From positions 2,528,001 through 2,592,000 of the forward strand of contig OY970399.1 of assembly GCA_963720545.1 (NCBI GenBank): DNA of 64,000 nucleotides. Reading direction: 5' to 3'. This stretch comes from an uncultured Acidobacteriota bacterium. GTDB lineage: Bacteria; Acidobacteriota; Vicinamibacteria; Fen-336. Each line of letters starts with the position of its first letter. The stretch's first letter is position 1. A program made the translations under genes and the position numbers. Below the pieces are notes generated by a model. It had not been told where the DNA came from, made no database searches, and saw only the letters and a program-made list of their open reading frames with translations. Positions 13,690-26,742 of this stretch are shown here, piece after piece.

Positions 13690-14250
13690 ATGCTGCGTGC
13701 AAGCGCCCTGCTCGTCCTCACCGCAATGGCGCCCGCGCCCGCCCATTGGCAGGTCGCGAGCGGCGAAATTTCGGTTCGTTGTCCACTGACCGTTGGCGGC
13801 GGCTTCGACGCCGTCACCACGCAGGTCACCGGCTCGCTCGTCGATGCCGCATCCCAGCCGCCGTCCTTCGGCGGCGAGATCGCGGTAGACCTCAAGACCC
13901 TCGACACCGGCATCAAACTGCGCAACACCCACCTGCGCGAGAAGTATCTCGAGGTCGGTAAGGGTGACGGCTACGAGCGCGCGGTGCTCACCGAACTCAA
14001 GCTCACCGGCGTGAGCGGCGCCCCCGCGGCCTTCCAGGGCAAGACCGCGTTCACCGGCAAGCTGCAGCTCCACGGCACCTCCAAAGAGGTCGCCGGCGAG
14101 GCCCGCATTCAGAGAAGTGGATCCAACATTCATGTGGATGCACGTTTTCCCGTACGGCTTTCGGACTACGGCATCGAAGACCCGCGCTATCTTGGGGTCG
14201 GCGTGAAGCCGGTGGTGGAGGTTCGAGTGACGCTGGTGGTGAAATCATGA
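13690..14250 (+). CDS. YceI-family protein
   Basis: Signal peptide; LDTGIKLRNTHLREKYLE, GKLQLHGTSKEV and LSDYGI are YceI-like. Confidence 0.85.
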   Translation: MLRASALLVLTAMAPAPAHWQVASGEISVRCPLTVGGGFDAVTTQVTGSLVDAASQPPSFGGEIAVDLKTLDTGIKLRNTHLREKYLEVGKGDGYERAVLTELKLTGVSGAPAAFQGKTAFTGKLQLHGTSKEVAGEARIQRSGSNIHVDARFPVRLSDYGIEDPRYLGVGVKPVVEVRVTLVVKS

Positions 14251-15386
14251 AAAGGCACCTGCTCTGTTTCGCGGGGCTGGGCCTGGCGCTCGCCGCGCCG
14301 CCGCAGCGGCTCGCGGCCGAGCCGATGTTCCTGTCGAAGCAATACCCCCGCTGCACCACCTGCCATTTCTCGCCGACCGGGGGCGGCCTCCTCACCGACT
14401 ACGGCCGCTCGCTGTCGCACAACGAGTTGTCCACAACCGGCGGCCAGCCCGCGGCGAACAACGCGAACCTCGCGCTCACCAAGGAAGCGCAGTTCCTCTA
14501 CGGCGCGCTCGGCGAAACCATGGACAAGCTGCATCTTGGCATCGACGTGCGGCCGGCGCGCGTGCAGGTCAGCTTCCCGGGGGGAAGCGTCGATCGCAAC
14601 TTCCTGATGAACGCCGACCTGCTGGCGGCGTTTCGCAGCGGGCCGCTCACCTTGTACGCGGAGGCCGGCCGCGAGCCGCTGGCCGACGGCGGACGCCTCA
14701 AGTCTTACGAGTACTGGGCCTCGTACCAGGCCGATTCCGGCTGGGGCGTGCGCGCCGGCCGATTCTTCCCGGCTTTCGGCATACGCGTCGCCGACCACAC
14801 GGCGTTCACGCGCGCCCCGCTCGGCTTCGATCACTACGACCAGGTCTATGGCGTCGAGTTGAGCCACGCGGGCAACAACAGCTTGCTGCAGGTGTCGGCG
14901 GGCCCCGGCCGGGCCGACTCGGTGCTCGACGACGACGGCCGCCAGTCGTTCACCGCGACCGCCCGCTACCAGCGCGACCTCGGTTCACGCACCGTGCTCG
15001 CGGTGTCGGGCCTGCATCGCGCGGCATCCGACAACGCTCCGCGCAGCAGCATCGGCGGGCTGGCCCTGGGGTTCGCGCCGCACGCGCGCGTCACGATCTG
15101 GACCGAGGCCGACGCCGACTTCCGCTCGGGTGTCGATGGCGATCCCGCCTACACCTTCTTCAACGAGACGTCTTTCGAGGTGTACCGTGGCATCTGGCTG
15201 AAGGTGTCGCCGCAGCTCGCGACGCTGCCCGGGGATACTTCGGGCGGTGTGATGCGCTGGATGCTCGGTGCAACGGCGCTGCCGCGCACCCACTACAACA
15301 TCGACGTCGCCTGGTATCGCGACCGGGTGCGCGGCACCGATCTCACGTCGAAGACCTGGTTGTTCCAGCTGCACTTGTACCTGTGA
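14247..15386 (+). CDS. outer-membrane beta-barrel with N-terminal CxxCH (Cyc2-like cytochrome-porin fusion)
   Basis: Signal peptide, then EPMFLSKQYPRCTTCHFSPTGGGLLTDYGRSL; alternating beta-strand pattern; C-terminus WLFQLHLYL. Confidence 0.7.
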   Translation: MKRHLLCFAGLGLALAAPPQRLAAEPMFLSKQYPRCTTCHFSPTGGGLLTDYGRSLSHNELSTTGGQPAANNANLALTKEAQFLYGALGETMDKLHLGIDVRPARVQVSFPGGSVDRNFLMNADLLAAFRSGPLTLYAEAGREPLADGGRLKSYEYWASYQADSGWGVRAGRFFPAFGIRVADHTAFTRAPLGFDHYDQVYGVELSHAGNNSLLQVSAGPGRADSVLDDDGRQSFTATARYQRDLGSRTVLAVSGLHRAASDNAPRSSIGGLALGFAPHARVTIWTEADADFRSGVDGDPAYTFFNETSFEVYRGIWLKVSPQLATLPGDTSGGVMRWMLGATALPRTHYNIDVAWYRDRVRGTDLTSKTWLFQLHLYL

Positions 15387-15403
15387 GGCGCCGCCCTTAA
15401 CAG

Positions 15404-16975
15404 TCAGTGCGCGGCGGGCGGACCGCCCGGCTTGCCGCGCGGCGCACGCATCAACGACACCAGCGCCACGCTCAGCAGGAACACGAAGCCGAGCATGCGG
15501 AACACCTGCACGAACGACAGCATCGCCGCCTCGCGCGCCACCATGCCGGCGAGCGCCATCTGCGACTGCTGCAGCGCGGTGGCGGCGTCCGAGCCGGCAG
15601 CCATGAACGCGCGTCTCAGCGCGGCGAGGCGCGCCTGCACGTCCACGTCGTAAGGCGAGACGTGGCTCACCAGGCGGGTGGTGAGCGCCTGCTGGTTGCG
15701 CGCCAGGAAAGTGGTGGCGGAGGCGATGCCGAGGCTGCCGCCGATGTTGCGCATCAGGTTGAAGAGGCTGGTGGCGTTGCCCATCTGCTCGCGCGCGATC
15801 GCGTCCATGGTGATGGTGGTGAGCGGCACGAACAGCAGTCCCATGCCGATGCCCTGCAGGAACTGCGGCCAGAAGATGTCCCAGTAACCCGCGTGCAGGT
15901 TGAGGTTGCCCAGCCAGAAGAGCGTGAACGAGCCGAGCAGCAGGCCGGCGACCAGCAGCCGCCGCGGCCCGACCTTGAAGAGCACCATGCCGATCACCGG
16001 CATGGCGATGAAGGCGCCGACGCCGCGCGGCGCCATGGCGATGCCAGCCTGGTAGGACGGGTAGCCGAGCAGCGTCTGCAGCAATATCGGCAGCAGCACC
16101 AGGCTGCCGTAGAGCACAAAGCCGAGGCACGTCATGAGGAACACGCCGGTCGCATAGGTGCGCTCCTTGAGGATGCGCAGGTTCACGACCGGATGGTCGG
16201 TGCGCAGCTCGCGCACGATGAAGGCGGCGATCGCCAGCACCGCGGTGACCGCAAGCGACACCATCGCCTTCGACTCGAACCAGTCCTCCTGTTGTCCCTT
16301 GTCGAGCAGGATCTGCAGCGCGCCGATGCCGAGCGCCAGCATGCCCATGCCCCAGTAGTCGATGCGGTTCGAGCTGCGCTTGATGTAGTGGGGATCGAAG
16401 ACGTAAGCGCGCGTCATCAGCACGGAGACGATGCCCACCGGAATGTTGATGTAGAACACCCAGCGCCACGAGTAGCTGTCGGTGAGCCAGCCGCCGAGCA
16501 CCGGGCCGAGGATCGGCGCCACCACGATGCCGAGCCCCCAGAAGCCCATCGCCTTGCCGCGCTGGTCGGGCGGGAACGCCTCGAGCAGCACCGCCTGCGA
16601 CAGCGGCTGCAACGCGCCGCCGGTGAGGCCCTGGATGACGCGGAACACCACCAGCGACGGCAGGCTCCAGGCGAGGCCGCAGAAGAAGGACGCCACGGTG
16701 AAGCCGCTCACCGACATCAGCAGCAGCCGCTTGCGGCCGAAGAAGTTGGCGAGCCAGCCGGTCATCGGCAGGATGATGGCGTTCGCCACCAGGTACGAGG
16801 TGAGCGCCCAGGTGGATTCGTCGATGGTCGCCGACAGGTTGCCGGCGATGTGCGGCAGCGAGACGTTGACGACGGTGGTGTCGAGGATCTCCATGAAGGT
16901 CGCGAACATCACCGCGACCGCCACCAGCCACGGGTTCACGACCGGTATCGACGCGGGTAGCGCTGCGTCTTCCAT
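15404..16975 (-). CDS. emrB: DHA2 (EmrB/QacA) MFS efflux permease
   Basis: MEILDTTVVNVSLPHIAG, FRVIQGLTGG, LGPVLGGWLTDSYSWRWVFYINIPVG; multiple TM segments. Confidence 0.92.
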   Translation of the reverse strand: MEDAALPASIPVVNPWLVAVAVMFATFMEILDTTVVNVSLPHIAGNLSATIDESTWALTSYLVANAIILPMTGWLANFFGRKRLLLMSVSGFTVASFFCGLAWSLPSLVVFRVIQGLTGGALQPLSQAVLLEAFPPDQRGKAMGFWGLGIVVAPILGPVLGGWLTDSYSWRWVFYINIPVGIVSVLMTRAYVFDPHYIKRSSNRIDYWGMGMLALGIGALQILLDKGQQEDWFESKAMVSLAVTAVLAIAAFIVRELRTDHPVVNLRILKERTYATGVFLMTCLGFVLYGSLVLLPILLQTLLGYPSYQAGIAMAPRGVGAFIAMPVIGMVLFKVGPRRLLVAGLLLGSFTLFWLGNLNLHAGYWDIFWPQFLQGIGMGLLFVPLTTITMDAIAREQMGNATSLFNLMRNIGGSLGIASATTFLARNQQALTTRLVSHVSPYDVDVQARLAALRRAFMAAGSDAATALQQSQMALAGMVAREAAMLSFVQVFRMLGFVFLLSVALVSLMRAPRGKPGGPPAAH

Positions 16976-16995
16976 GGGAGTTGCCGTGCGCGGCT

Positions 16996-18108
16996 CTAGC
17001 GGAGCATCACCGTCGGCACCACCGACAGCCCGGGGCGCAGGACGTGGTCGTCGTTGTCGCCATGGTCGATGGCGATCTTCACCGGCACGCGCTGCACCAC
17101 CTTGACGTAGTTGCCGGTCGCGTTCTCGGCGGGCAGGATCGAGAAGCGCGCGCCGGTGGCGGCGGCGATGCTGTCTATGCGGCCGCGGAACCTGCGCCCG
17201 CCAAAGGCGTCGACGCTGATCTTCACTTCCTGGCCGGCGTGCATGTGCGCCACTTGTCCTTCCTTGAAGTTGGCGGTCACCCAGACGTTGTCGAGGTCCA
17301 CGAGCGCCAGCAGCGGCTGGCCGGCGGCCACCATCTGTCCCACTTCGACGCCGCGGCGGCTGACGAAACCGTCCACCGTCGCCTTCACCGTGGTGTACGA
17401 CAAGTTGAGCTGCGCTTCTTCGACCCGCGCGCGTGACTCGGCGACGCGCGCGTCGGCCTCGGCCCAGCGCGCCTTCACCACCGCCACCTGCTGCGGCCCG
17501 GTGTTCGCCTGGCGCAGCCGCGCATCCGCCACCTCGACGCCGCGATGCGCTTCCTGCTCCGAGGCGCGCGCCGAATCGACCGCGGCACGGGCGGCAGCGG
17601 CATCGGCGACGCGCGCGTCGTATTCCTGCCGGCTCACCTCGTCCTTGTCGACCAGCGCCTTGATGCGCTCGAGGTCGGCGCTGGCGCGCAGCGCGTTCGC
17701 CTCGGCTTCGCGCACCCGCGCGCTCGCGGCCGACACCCGCGCGCTGGCCATGCCGGTGTCGCTCGCGGCGGCGTTCAGCGAGCTGCTGGCGTTGGTGGTC
17801 GTCAGCGGCACGTCGCTGGCCGCGGCCAGGCGTGCGGCCTCGGCCTGGCCCAGATCGGCCTGCGCCTTGGCGAGCGCCACTTCGTAGTCCCGCGGGTCGA
17901 TGCGTACCAGCACGTCGCCGGCCTTCACCCGCTGGTTGTCCTGCACCAGCACCGCGAGCACCGGCCCGCCGACGCGCGCCGACACCGGGTTCACGTGCCC
18001 GTCGATCTGCGCGTCATCGGTCGACTCGCGCACCGAGTAGTGAAGGTAGGCGAACACAGCCGCCACCAGTGCCACGACGGCGACTGGAGCGATCCACCAC
18101 TTGCGCAT
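16996..18108 (-). CDS. emrA: HlyD/EmrA-family periplasmic adaptor
   Basis: STDDAQIDG, VTANFKE, PAENATGNYVKVVQRVPVKI. Confidence 0.92.
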   Translation of the reverse strand: MRKWWIAPVAVVALVAAVFAYLHYSVRESTDDAQIDGHVNPVSARVGGPVLAVLVQDNQRVKAGDVLVRIDPRDYEVALAKAQADLGQAEAARLAAASDVPLTTTNASSSLNAAASDTGMASARVSAASARVREAEANALRASADLERIKALVDKDEVSRQEYDARVADAAAARAAVDSARASEQEAHRGVEVADARLRQANTGPQQVAVVKARWAEADARVAESRARVEEAQLNLSYTTVKATVDGFVSRRGVEVGQMVAAGQPLLALVDLDNVWVTANFKEGQVAHMHAGQEVKISVDAFGGRRFRGRIDSIAAATGARFSILPAENATGNYVKVVQRVPVKIAIDHGDNDDHVLRPGLSVVPTVMLR

Positions 18109-19512
18109 CTACTCTCCTTTCAGCAGCGACTTGTAGGACGCCTCGGCGCCGCCCTGGGCGCGGGCCAGGGCGGCGCGCGCGAGGTTGTGCTCGAACAGCG
18201 CCTCGATCTGGCTTTCGGTGGCGGCCGCCAGCGCCTCCTGGCTCTCGACCACCTCGAGGTTGCTCGAGACGCCGGCCCTGAAGCGATCCTCGGCATGGCC
18301 GAGCTGCTGGCGGGCGAGGTCGAGGCCCTGCACGGCCACCGCCACCCTTTCGCGCGTCGCATGCAGGTCGAGCAGGGCCGCGCGCACGTCGTTGTCGATG
18401 CGGCCCTTGAGGTCGGCGAGCGTCGCGCGCGCCGCGTCGGCGTTGGCTTCGGCCAGCACCGTCTCACCCTTGGCCTTGCCGCCGTCGAAGATCGGCATGC
18501 GCACCGAGGCGCTCACCGTGAAAGTGGCAAGCGCGCCGCCCACCGTCTGGCCTATGGAGCCGTAGTCGGCGCTGGCGTCAAGGCTGGGCAGGCGGCGGTA
18601 CTTGGCCGCCTTGATACGCTCGTCGGCCGAGCGCACCCGCGCCTCGGCCTCGAGATAGTCGGCGCGCATCTCGTACGCGTGCGCGATCACCGCTTCGTAC
18701 GGCGGCGCGGGCCGCACGATCGACGGCATCGGGTCGCTGAGGACGAACGGCTGCCCCGATGGCAGGCCGATGGCGCGCGCCAGGTTGAGCTTCTGTTTGT
18801 CGAAATCGTTCTTCGCGACGATCAGCCGCTGGCGCCGGTGGGCTTCCTGCACCTCGGCGCGCAGCACGTCGATCGCCGGCGCGAGCCCCGCTTCCTTACG
18901 GTCGATGGCGAGCTGCTGCAGCGTGCGCGCGGTGTTGAGCTGCGCTTCCGCCGCGTCGATGCGCGCCTGGCCCTCCACCGCCTGCAGGTAGAGGCTGCCC
19001 GACACCAGCACCACGACGTCGCGGGCATCCTTGACGCTCGCCTTCGCGGCGTCCACGTTGGCGCGCTCGGCGCGCAGCTCGGCCCACTCCTTCGGCGCGA
19101 TCACCGCCTGCGTCACGGCGACGCGGCCGTCGAAGACGTTGAACGGCCCGACGAGGGCCGGCACGCCCGGCAGCGAGAACCCGAACGCCTCGAGGTTGAT
19201 CTTCTGGCGCGAGGCGGTGCCGCGCACGCTCGCCTGCGGCATGAGGTCGGAGAGTGCCTGCAACCGGTTGCCTTCGGCAACGCCGACGCGCTGCTCGCGC
19301 AGGACCAGCGCGAGGTTGTAGCGCAGCGCGCGGTCGATCGCGTCGGTGAGGCTCACCTGCAACACCTCGCCGGTCGCGACGCCTTGCGGAATGCCACCGA
19401 AAACCGCCGGGTCGGAGACGCGAATGCCCTCCGGCAGCTGCGCATGCAGCGGGGGAGCCGCGGCGCACCACGCACCGATCGCCACGGCCACTACGGCACC
19501 GGCACGCTTCAT
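18109..19512 (-). CDS. TolC-family outer membrane efflux protein
   Basis: SLTDAIDRAL, PIFDGG, RFRAGVSSNLEVVESQ; in an operon with emrAB. Confidence 0.9.
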   Translation of the reverse strand: MKRAGAVVAVAIGAWCAAAPPLHAQLPEGIRVSDPAVFGGIPQGVATGEVLQVSLTDAIDRALRYNLALVLREQRVGVAEGNRLQALSDLMPQASVRGTASRQKINLEAFGFSLPGVPALVGPFNVFDGRVAVTQAVIAPKEWAELRAERANVDAAKASVKDARDVVVLVSGSLYLQAVEGQARIDAAEAQLNTARTLQQLAIDRKEAGLAPAIDVLRAEVQEAHRRQRLIVAKNDFDKQKLNLARAIGLPSGQPFVLSDPMPSIVRPAPPYEAVIAHAYEMRADYLEAEARVRSADERIKAAKYRRLPSLDASADYGSIGQTVGGALATFTVSASVRMPIFDGGKAKGETVLAEANADAARATLADLKGRIDNDVRAALLDLHATRERVAVAVQGLDLARQQLGHAEDRFRAGVSSNLEVVESQEALAAATESQIEALFEHNLARAALARAQGGAEASYKSLLKGE

Positions 19513-20144
19513 CGCTTCGCGAGTCCTTTCCAGAACCACTCCAGGAGGAACGCCGATACCTCTTCGCTCGAGGCCGCCTTGCCGTCCGTCATGGTGTTGA
19601 CGAACAGGCTGCGGGTGACGTCGGAGATGGCCTGCGCCGCGAGCCGCGCCGGCACCTCGCGAATCTCGCCGGCGGCAATGGCGTCGCGGATGTTCTTCTC
19701 GAGGTAGACGAGTTGCTCTTCCTTCAGTTCGCGCATCACCTTCTGGAAGCGCTCCGGCGGCTGGATGGTGCCGCCGAACTGGGCCGAATAGATGTGGAAG
19801 AAGTCGCGGTTGGCGCCGCAGAACGCGGCCTTCGCCTCGATGTAGGCCTGCAGCTTGGCGCGAAAGGTGGTGGCCGCCTGCACCTGCGCCCGCACCCGGT
19901 CGCGCATCTCTCGCAGGTCGCGCGCCAGGATCTCGAAGTAGATGGCTTCCTTCGAGCGGTAATAGAGGTAGAGCGTGCCCTTGGCGACCGAGGCGGCGGC
20001 GGCGATGTCGGCGACCGAAGCGCGCTCGAAGCCCTGGCGCGCGAACACGGCGCGCGCCGCGCCGAGGATCTCCTCGTCGCGGATTTTCGCCAGCCGTTCG
20101 CGGCGTTCGCGGCGGGCTGACTTCGGAGTCAGACTAATGACCAC
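19509..20144 (-). CDS. TetR/AcrR-family regulator
   Basis: ILGAARAVFARQGFERASVADIAAAASVAKGTLYLYYRSKEAI HTH. Confidence 0.92.
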   Translation of the reverse strand: MVISLTPKSARRERRERLAKIRDEEILGAARAVFARQGFERASVADIAAAASVAKGTLYLYYRSKEAIYFEILARDLREMRDRVRAQVQAATTFRAKLQAYIEAKAAFCGANRDFFHIYSAQFGGTIQPPERFQKVMRELKEEQLVYLEKNIRDAIAAGEIREVPARLAAQAISDVTRSLFVNTMTDGKAASSEEVSAFLLEWFWKGLAKR

Positions 20145-20179
20145 CTGGTCATTCTACTGACCAGACGGTTCAGTGTCCA
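20136..20179 (-). promoter_or_regulatory. promoter with overlapping TetR-type operators
   Basis: TGGACA-17 bp-TAGAAT, then 6 nt to GTG; perfect inverted repeat AATGACCA-CC-TGGTCATT (20136-20153) and an imperfect one ACTGACCAGACGGTTCAGT (20156-20174). Confidence 0.75.
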
Positions 20180-20245
20180 GCTGCCCCCCCCGTTTTCCCG
20201 AGTGCTGGCAGCGCTTGCGCTGCGAGCGAGGGATCCCGGTTGCTC

Positions 20246-20824
20246 CTACAGCTTGATGAGGATCATCGCGGTGAACACCTTCGGGTCGTACTTGAAGCGC
20301 GAGCCGATGCCGCCGAACTGCAGGTCCGTCTGGCGCAGCACCCGCAGGTCGGCGTCGAAGGCGATGCGGCCGCCCGGCGCGATCAGCACGCCGAGGCCGT
20401 AGGTGCTCGCGGTCTTGCTGTCGTCGCCGGTCGCGATCAGGTCGTCCTTGAAGGACAGCCGGCCGATGCCGAGCTCCGCGTACGGCTCAACCGGGCCGAG
20501 CTTGATGGGCCGCAGCATTGCCGCGACCCCGAGGTAGGTGCTGTTGAGGTCGGAGGGCAGGCCGGTGCCGCTGCTGCCGTACTTCTGGTTCGAAGCCTGG
20601 ATCTCGCCGGCAATGGCGAGGGCGCCCATGCCGTAGCGCAGCCGGCCGCGAATGGCCCAGCCGGCGTCGCTTTGCAGCGCGCCCGTGCCGAAAGAAACGC
20701 TGCCCGACTTGGTGATGAACGACGGGCCCACTTCCACGCTGAAGCCGTCGGTCTGGGCCTGCGCGGCGGCGGCAGTCAGGAGCAAGAGTGCGGCTGGGGC
20801 GAGCAAGGTACGGAACATCGACAT
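20246..20824 (-). CDS. small outer-membrane beta-barrel protein
   Basis: AGGAGG RBS; signal peptide ending AQA; PYAELGIG and YGLGVLI beta-strand pattern. Confidence 0.75.
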   Translation of the reverse strand: MSMFRTLLAPAALLLLTAAAAQAQTDGFSVEVGPSFITKSGSVSFGTGALQSDAGWAIRGRLRYGMGALAIAGEIQASNQKYGSSGTGLPSDLNSTYLGVAAMLRPIKLGPVEPYAELGIGRLSFKDDLIATGDDSKTASTYGLGVLIAPGGRIAFDADLRVLRQTDLQFGGIGSRFKYDPKVFTAMILIKL

Positions 20825-20966
20825 GGGAGGGCCTCCTGAAAACCACTCTGGCGGGCGGTCAGCCTCCTCCCGTGTGCGCGGCATCACCCTTCACGGTTTC
20901 TTGCACGGCTACATCGCTTTAGTTAACGTTCTGGCCGTTCCCGTCGCCATTATTGAAGGAGATTCC

Positions 20967-23941
<2,975 letters not shown>

Positions 23942-23945
<4 letters not shown>

Positions 23946-25216
23946 ACGGACTGCGCATAGCGCGACACGTCGGGTTCGGCCTGGCGCTGGCCGCAGTGGC
24001 TGCGGCCGCGGCAGCGCGCCAGGCGCAGCCTACGCCCGCGCCCGGCCCATCGGCGCCGCCGGCGCAGGCGCGCGGACCGAACTGCGACGCGATCGTGGCG
24101 CTGAAGCGCGACGACTGGCCGCTGACGCTGCGCCGCGCGTGGAGCAAGGAAGTGGGCGGCGGGCAGTCGACGCCGCTGGTGGTGGGCGACCGCGTCTACA
24201 TCTTCTCGAGCAGCGGCGAAGAGGAGATCGTGCAGGCGCTGGAGCTCGGCACCGGCACCGAGATCTGGCGCCAGGTTTACCGTGCGCCGTACCGCGTGAA
24301 CCCGGCGGTCACAGCCCACGGCCGTGGTCCGAAGGCGACGCCGCTCGTCGCCGGCGGGCGGGTCATCACTTACGGCATCTCCGGCATTGCCTCGGGGTTC
24401 GACGCGGCCACCGGCAACCTGCTCTGGCGGCGCACCTTCGAGGAAACCGCGATGACCAACATGCCGCCCTTCGGCAACGCGGCCTCGCCGATCCTGGTGG
24501 ACGGCCTCGCCCTGTTCGTCGCCGGCGACCGCGACCGCGGCGCGCTGGTCGCCGTCGATCCGGCGACCGGCCGCGAGCGCTGGCGCTTCTCGGGCGAGGG
24601 GCCGGCGTACGCCTCGCCGGTGGTCGCCGAGATCGGCAAGGTCGAGCAGGTGCTCACCTTCACGCGCACCCGGCTCGTGTCGGTGGCGGCGTCGAACGGC
24701 GCCTTGCTGTGGAGCGTGCCGTTCACCACCGAGGGGGACCAGAACTCGGTGCCGCCCCTCGTCCACGACGGCATCGTCATCTACTCCGGACTCGCCAAGG
24801 GCGTGATGGCAATCCGCCCGGTGCGCCAGGGGCTGGTGTTCAAGCTGGAGAAGGTCTGGACCAACTCGGAAGTGTCGATGCACATGAGCGCGCCGGTGCT
24901 CGCGGACGGCCGCATCTTCGGCTTCTCGCACCGCAAGCGCGGCCAGTTCTTCGCGCTCGACTTCAAGACCGGCAGGACGCTCTGGCTCAGCGACGGCCAG
25001 CAGGGCGACACCGCGTCGCTGTCCGCCGGCAACGGTTTCTGGTTCGCCCTCACCGATTTCGGGCGCCTCCTGGTGCTGAAGCAGGACGAGCCCGCATTCG
25101 CACCGCTGCGCACCTACACGGTCGCCGATGCCGGCACGTGGGCGGCGCCGGCGATCGACGACCACGGCGTCCTCATCAAGGATCTGGAGACGCTCGCGTA
25201 CTGGCGCTTCGACTGA
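23942..25216 (+). CDS. PQQ-like beta-propeller repeat protein
   Basis: STPLV, GTEIWR, ATGNLLWR, ATGRERWR and YASPVV repeats; GTGA overlap with the upstream gene. Confidence 0.85.
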
Positions 25217-25222
25217 AGCCGC

Positions 25223-26665
25223 CTACCAGCGGGTGTTGAGGAACGCTTCCATCAGGATCGTCTGCGCGGCGAGCAGCGTCACGGCGGTCGCGAACAGCGC
25301 GCGCCGCTCCAGCGCGCCGTCGATGACCAGCGCCGCCGGGATGACGGCGAACGGCACCGCGAAAAACCAGATGCGCTCGACCTCGAGCGTGTAGAGCGTC
25401 GCCGTCGCCATGAACAAGACGGTGAAAAGCGCGGCCTTGCAGAAGACCGCAGCGAACCCGCCCTTCGCCACCGCATCGCGAAAGCGGCCGAGCCACAACA
25501 CCGCTGTCGGAAGTCCAACGCCGATGACGAACGCCGCGACGTTGGCCACCGCGATGTTGAGGTAGCGCCCGAGCGTTTCGTGGCCGGTGCCCATCATCGA
25601 CTCGTCGTTAGCACGTGCAATTGCGAGCGCGGCGAGTGGCTGGTAGCCCGACCACCAGACGAGAACGAGATTGGCCAGAACGAAAACGAAAGCGCCAAAG
25701 CTGAGGAGCGCCGCCGAGCGCGGCAGCGGCACGAGACCGTCGCGCCAGCACCAGAACGCGAACGCCGCGAAGAAAACCGCGGTCCCGAGCGTGGCCCAGG
25801 TCATCAAGGCGGACAAGGCAAGCGTCACCCCCAGCGCGGCGCCGTGAAGCCACGGCGACGCAACGGGACGAACCATCGCGTGTACGAAGACGAGGATTGC
25901 GGCCAGGATCCCTACGCTCGACGGTCCGTCCATCGAGGTGGCGGTGAACAGCACGATCGTCGGCGTGACCAGCATCAGCGCCACGGCGATGCGCGCAGCC
26001 GCGCCTCCGGCAACGAGCCAGGCGATCGCGCCGGTGAACACCACCGCGAGAGCGGTGAAAGCGATGGCGGCGAGGCTCGTTGCCACGTAGGTGTAGCCGA
26101 ACAATCCCGCGGCAGCCCAGAGGAAGAGCGCAGCGCCCGGCGGATGCGTGCCGCCGTGCAGCGAGATGCGTTCCTGCACGCGCGGCCCCGAGAACTCGCC
26201 GAGAAAGCCGCGCGGCCCGCCGAACTTGTCGACGAGCCGCACATCCCAGAAGAACTCGTGATACTTCTGCGCGAACGGCTCGGCAAAGGACGGCACTGCC
26301 TCGTGCCATTCGTCGTCGAAGAACGGCTTCTTGTAGCCGTCGATCATCGACACGCTGAGGCACACAGCCCAGAAAGCCGGCACCGCGACGGCAAGCAGAG
26401 TACCGAGTCGCTGGGCGCCGAGAAAGAAGCGCGGCGCCGCCCAGACGAAGGCCCCCACCACCAGCAGTGCGGGTACCAGCCACAAGCTCAGGTTCACGTT
26501 GAAGTTCGCGTACAGCGGCACCGCCTTCATCGCCCGCAGCGCGCCGAGCGGCGGCCGCAAGCCCTCGAGGTACCAGGCAAGCTCCGCGTGATAGGCCCAG
26601 CAGACGCCCGCGAGGGCGAGGCTCGCCCCGGTCAATTCCCTCGCGCTCAGTTGTCGCGGCTGCAT
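25223..26665 (-). CDS. polytopic membrane protein, GT-C glycosyltransferase-like
   Basis: More than 10 hydrophobic segments; THPPG loop; EVERIW. Confidence 0.6.
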   Translation of the reverse strand: MQPRQLSARELTGASLALAGVCWAYHAELAWYLEGLRPPLGALRAMKAVPLYANFNVNLSLWLVPALLVVGAFVWAAPRFFLGAQRLGTLLAVAVPAFWAVCLSVSMIDGYKKPFFDDEWHEAVPSFAEPFAQKYHEFFWDVRLVDKFGGPRGFLGEFSGPRVQERISLHGGTHPPGAALFLWAAAGLFGYTYVATSLAAIAFTALAVVFTGAIAWLVAGGAAARIAVALMLVTPTIVLFTATSMDGPSSVGILAAILVFVHAMVRPVASPWLHGAALGVTLALSALMTWATLGTAVFFAAFAFWCWRDGLVPLPRSAALLSFGAFVFVLANLVLVWWSGYQPLAALAIARANDESMMGTGHETLGRYLNIAVANVAAFVIGVGLPTAVLWLGRFRDAVAKGGFAAVFCKAALFTVLFMATATLYTLEVERIWFFAVPFAVIPAALVIDGALERRALFATAVTLLAAQTILMEAFLNTRW

Positions 26666-26742
26666 TTGGTGTTGCCGTCATTGTCGCGCCGCGTCTCGCC
26701 CCAAGCCAGACCAAACGGGCGGGAGCGCGGTAGGCTCCGCTC

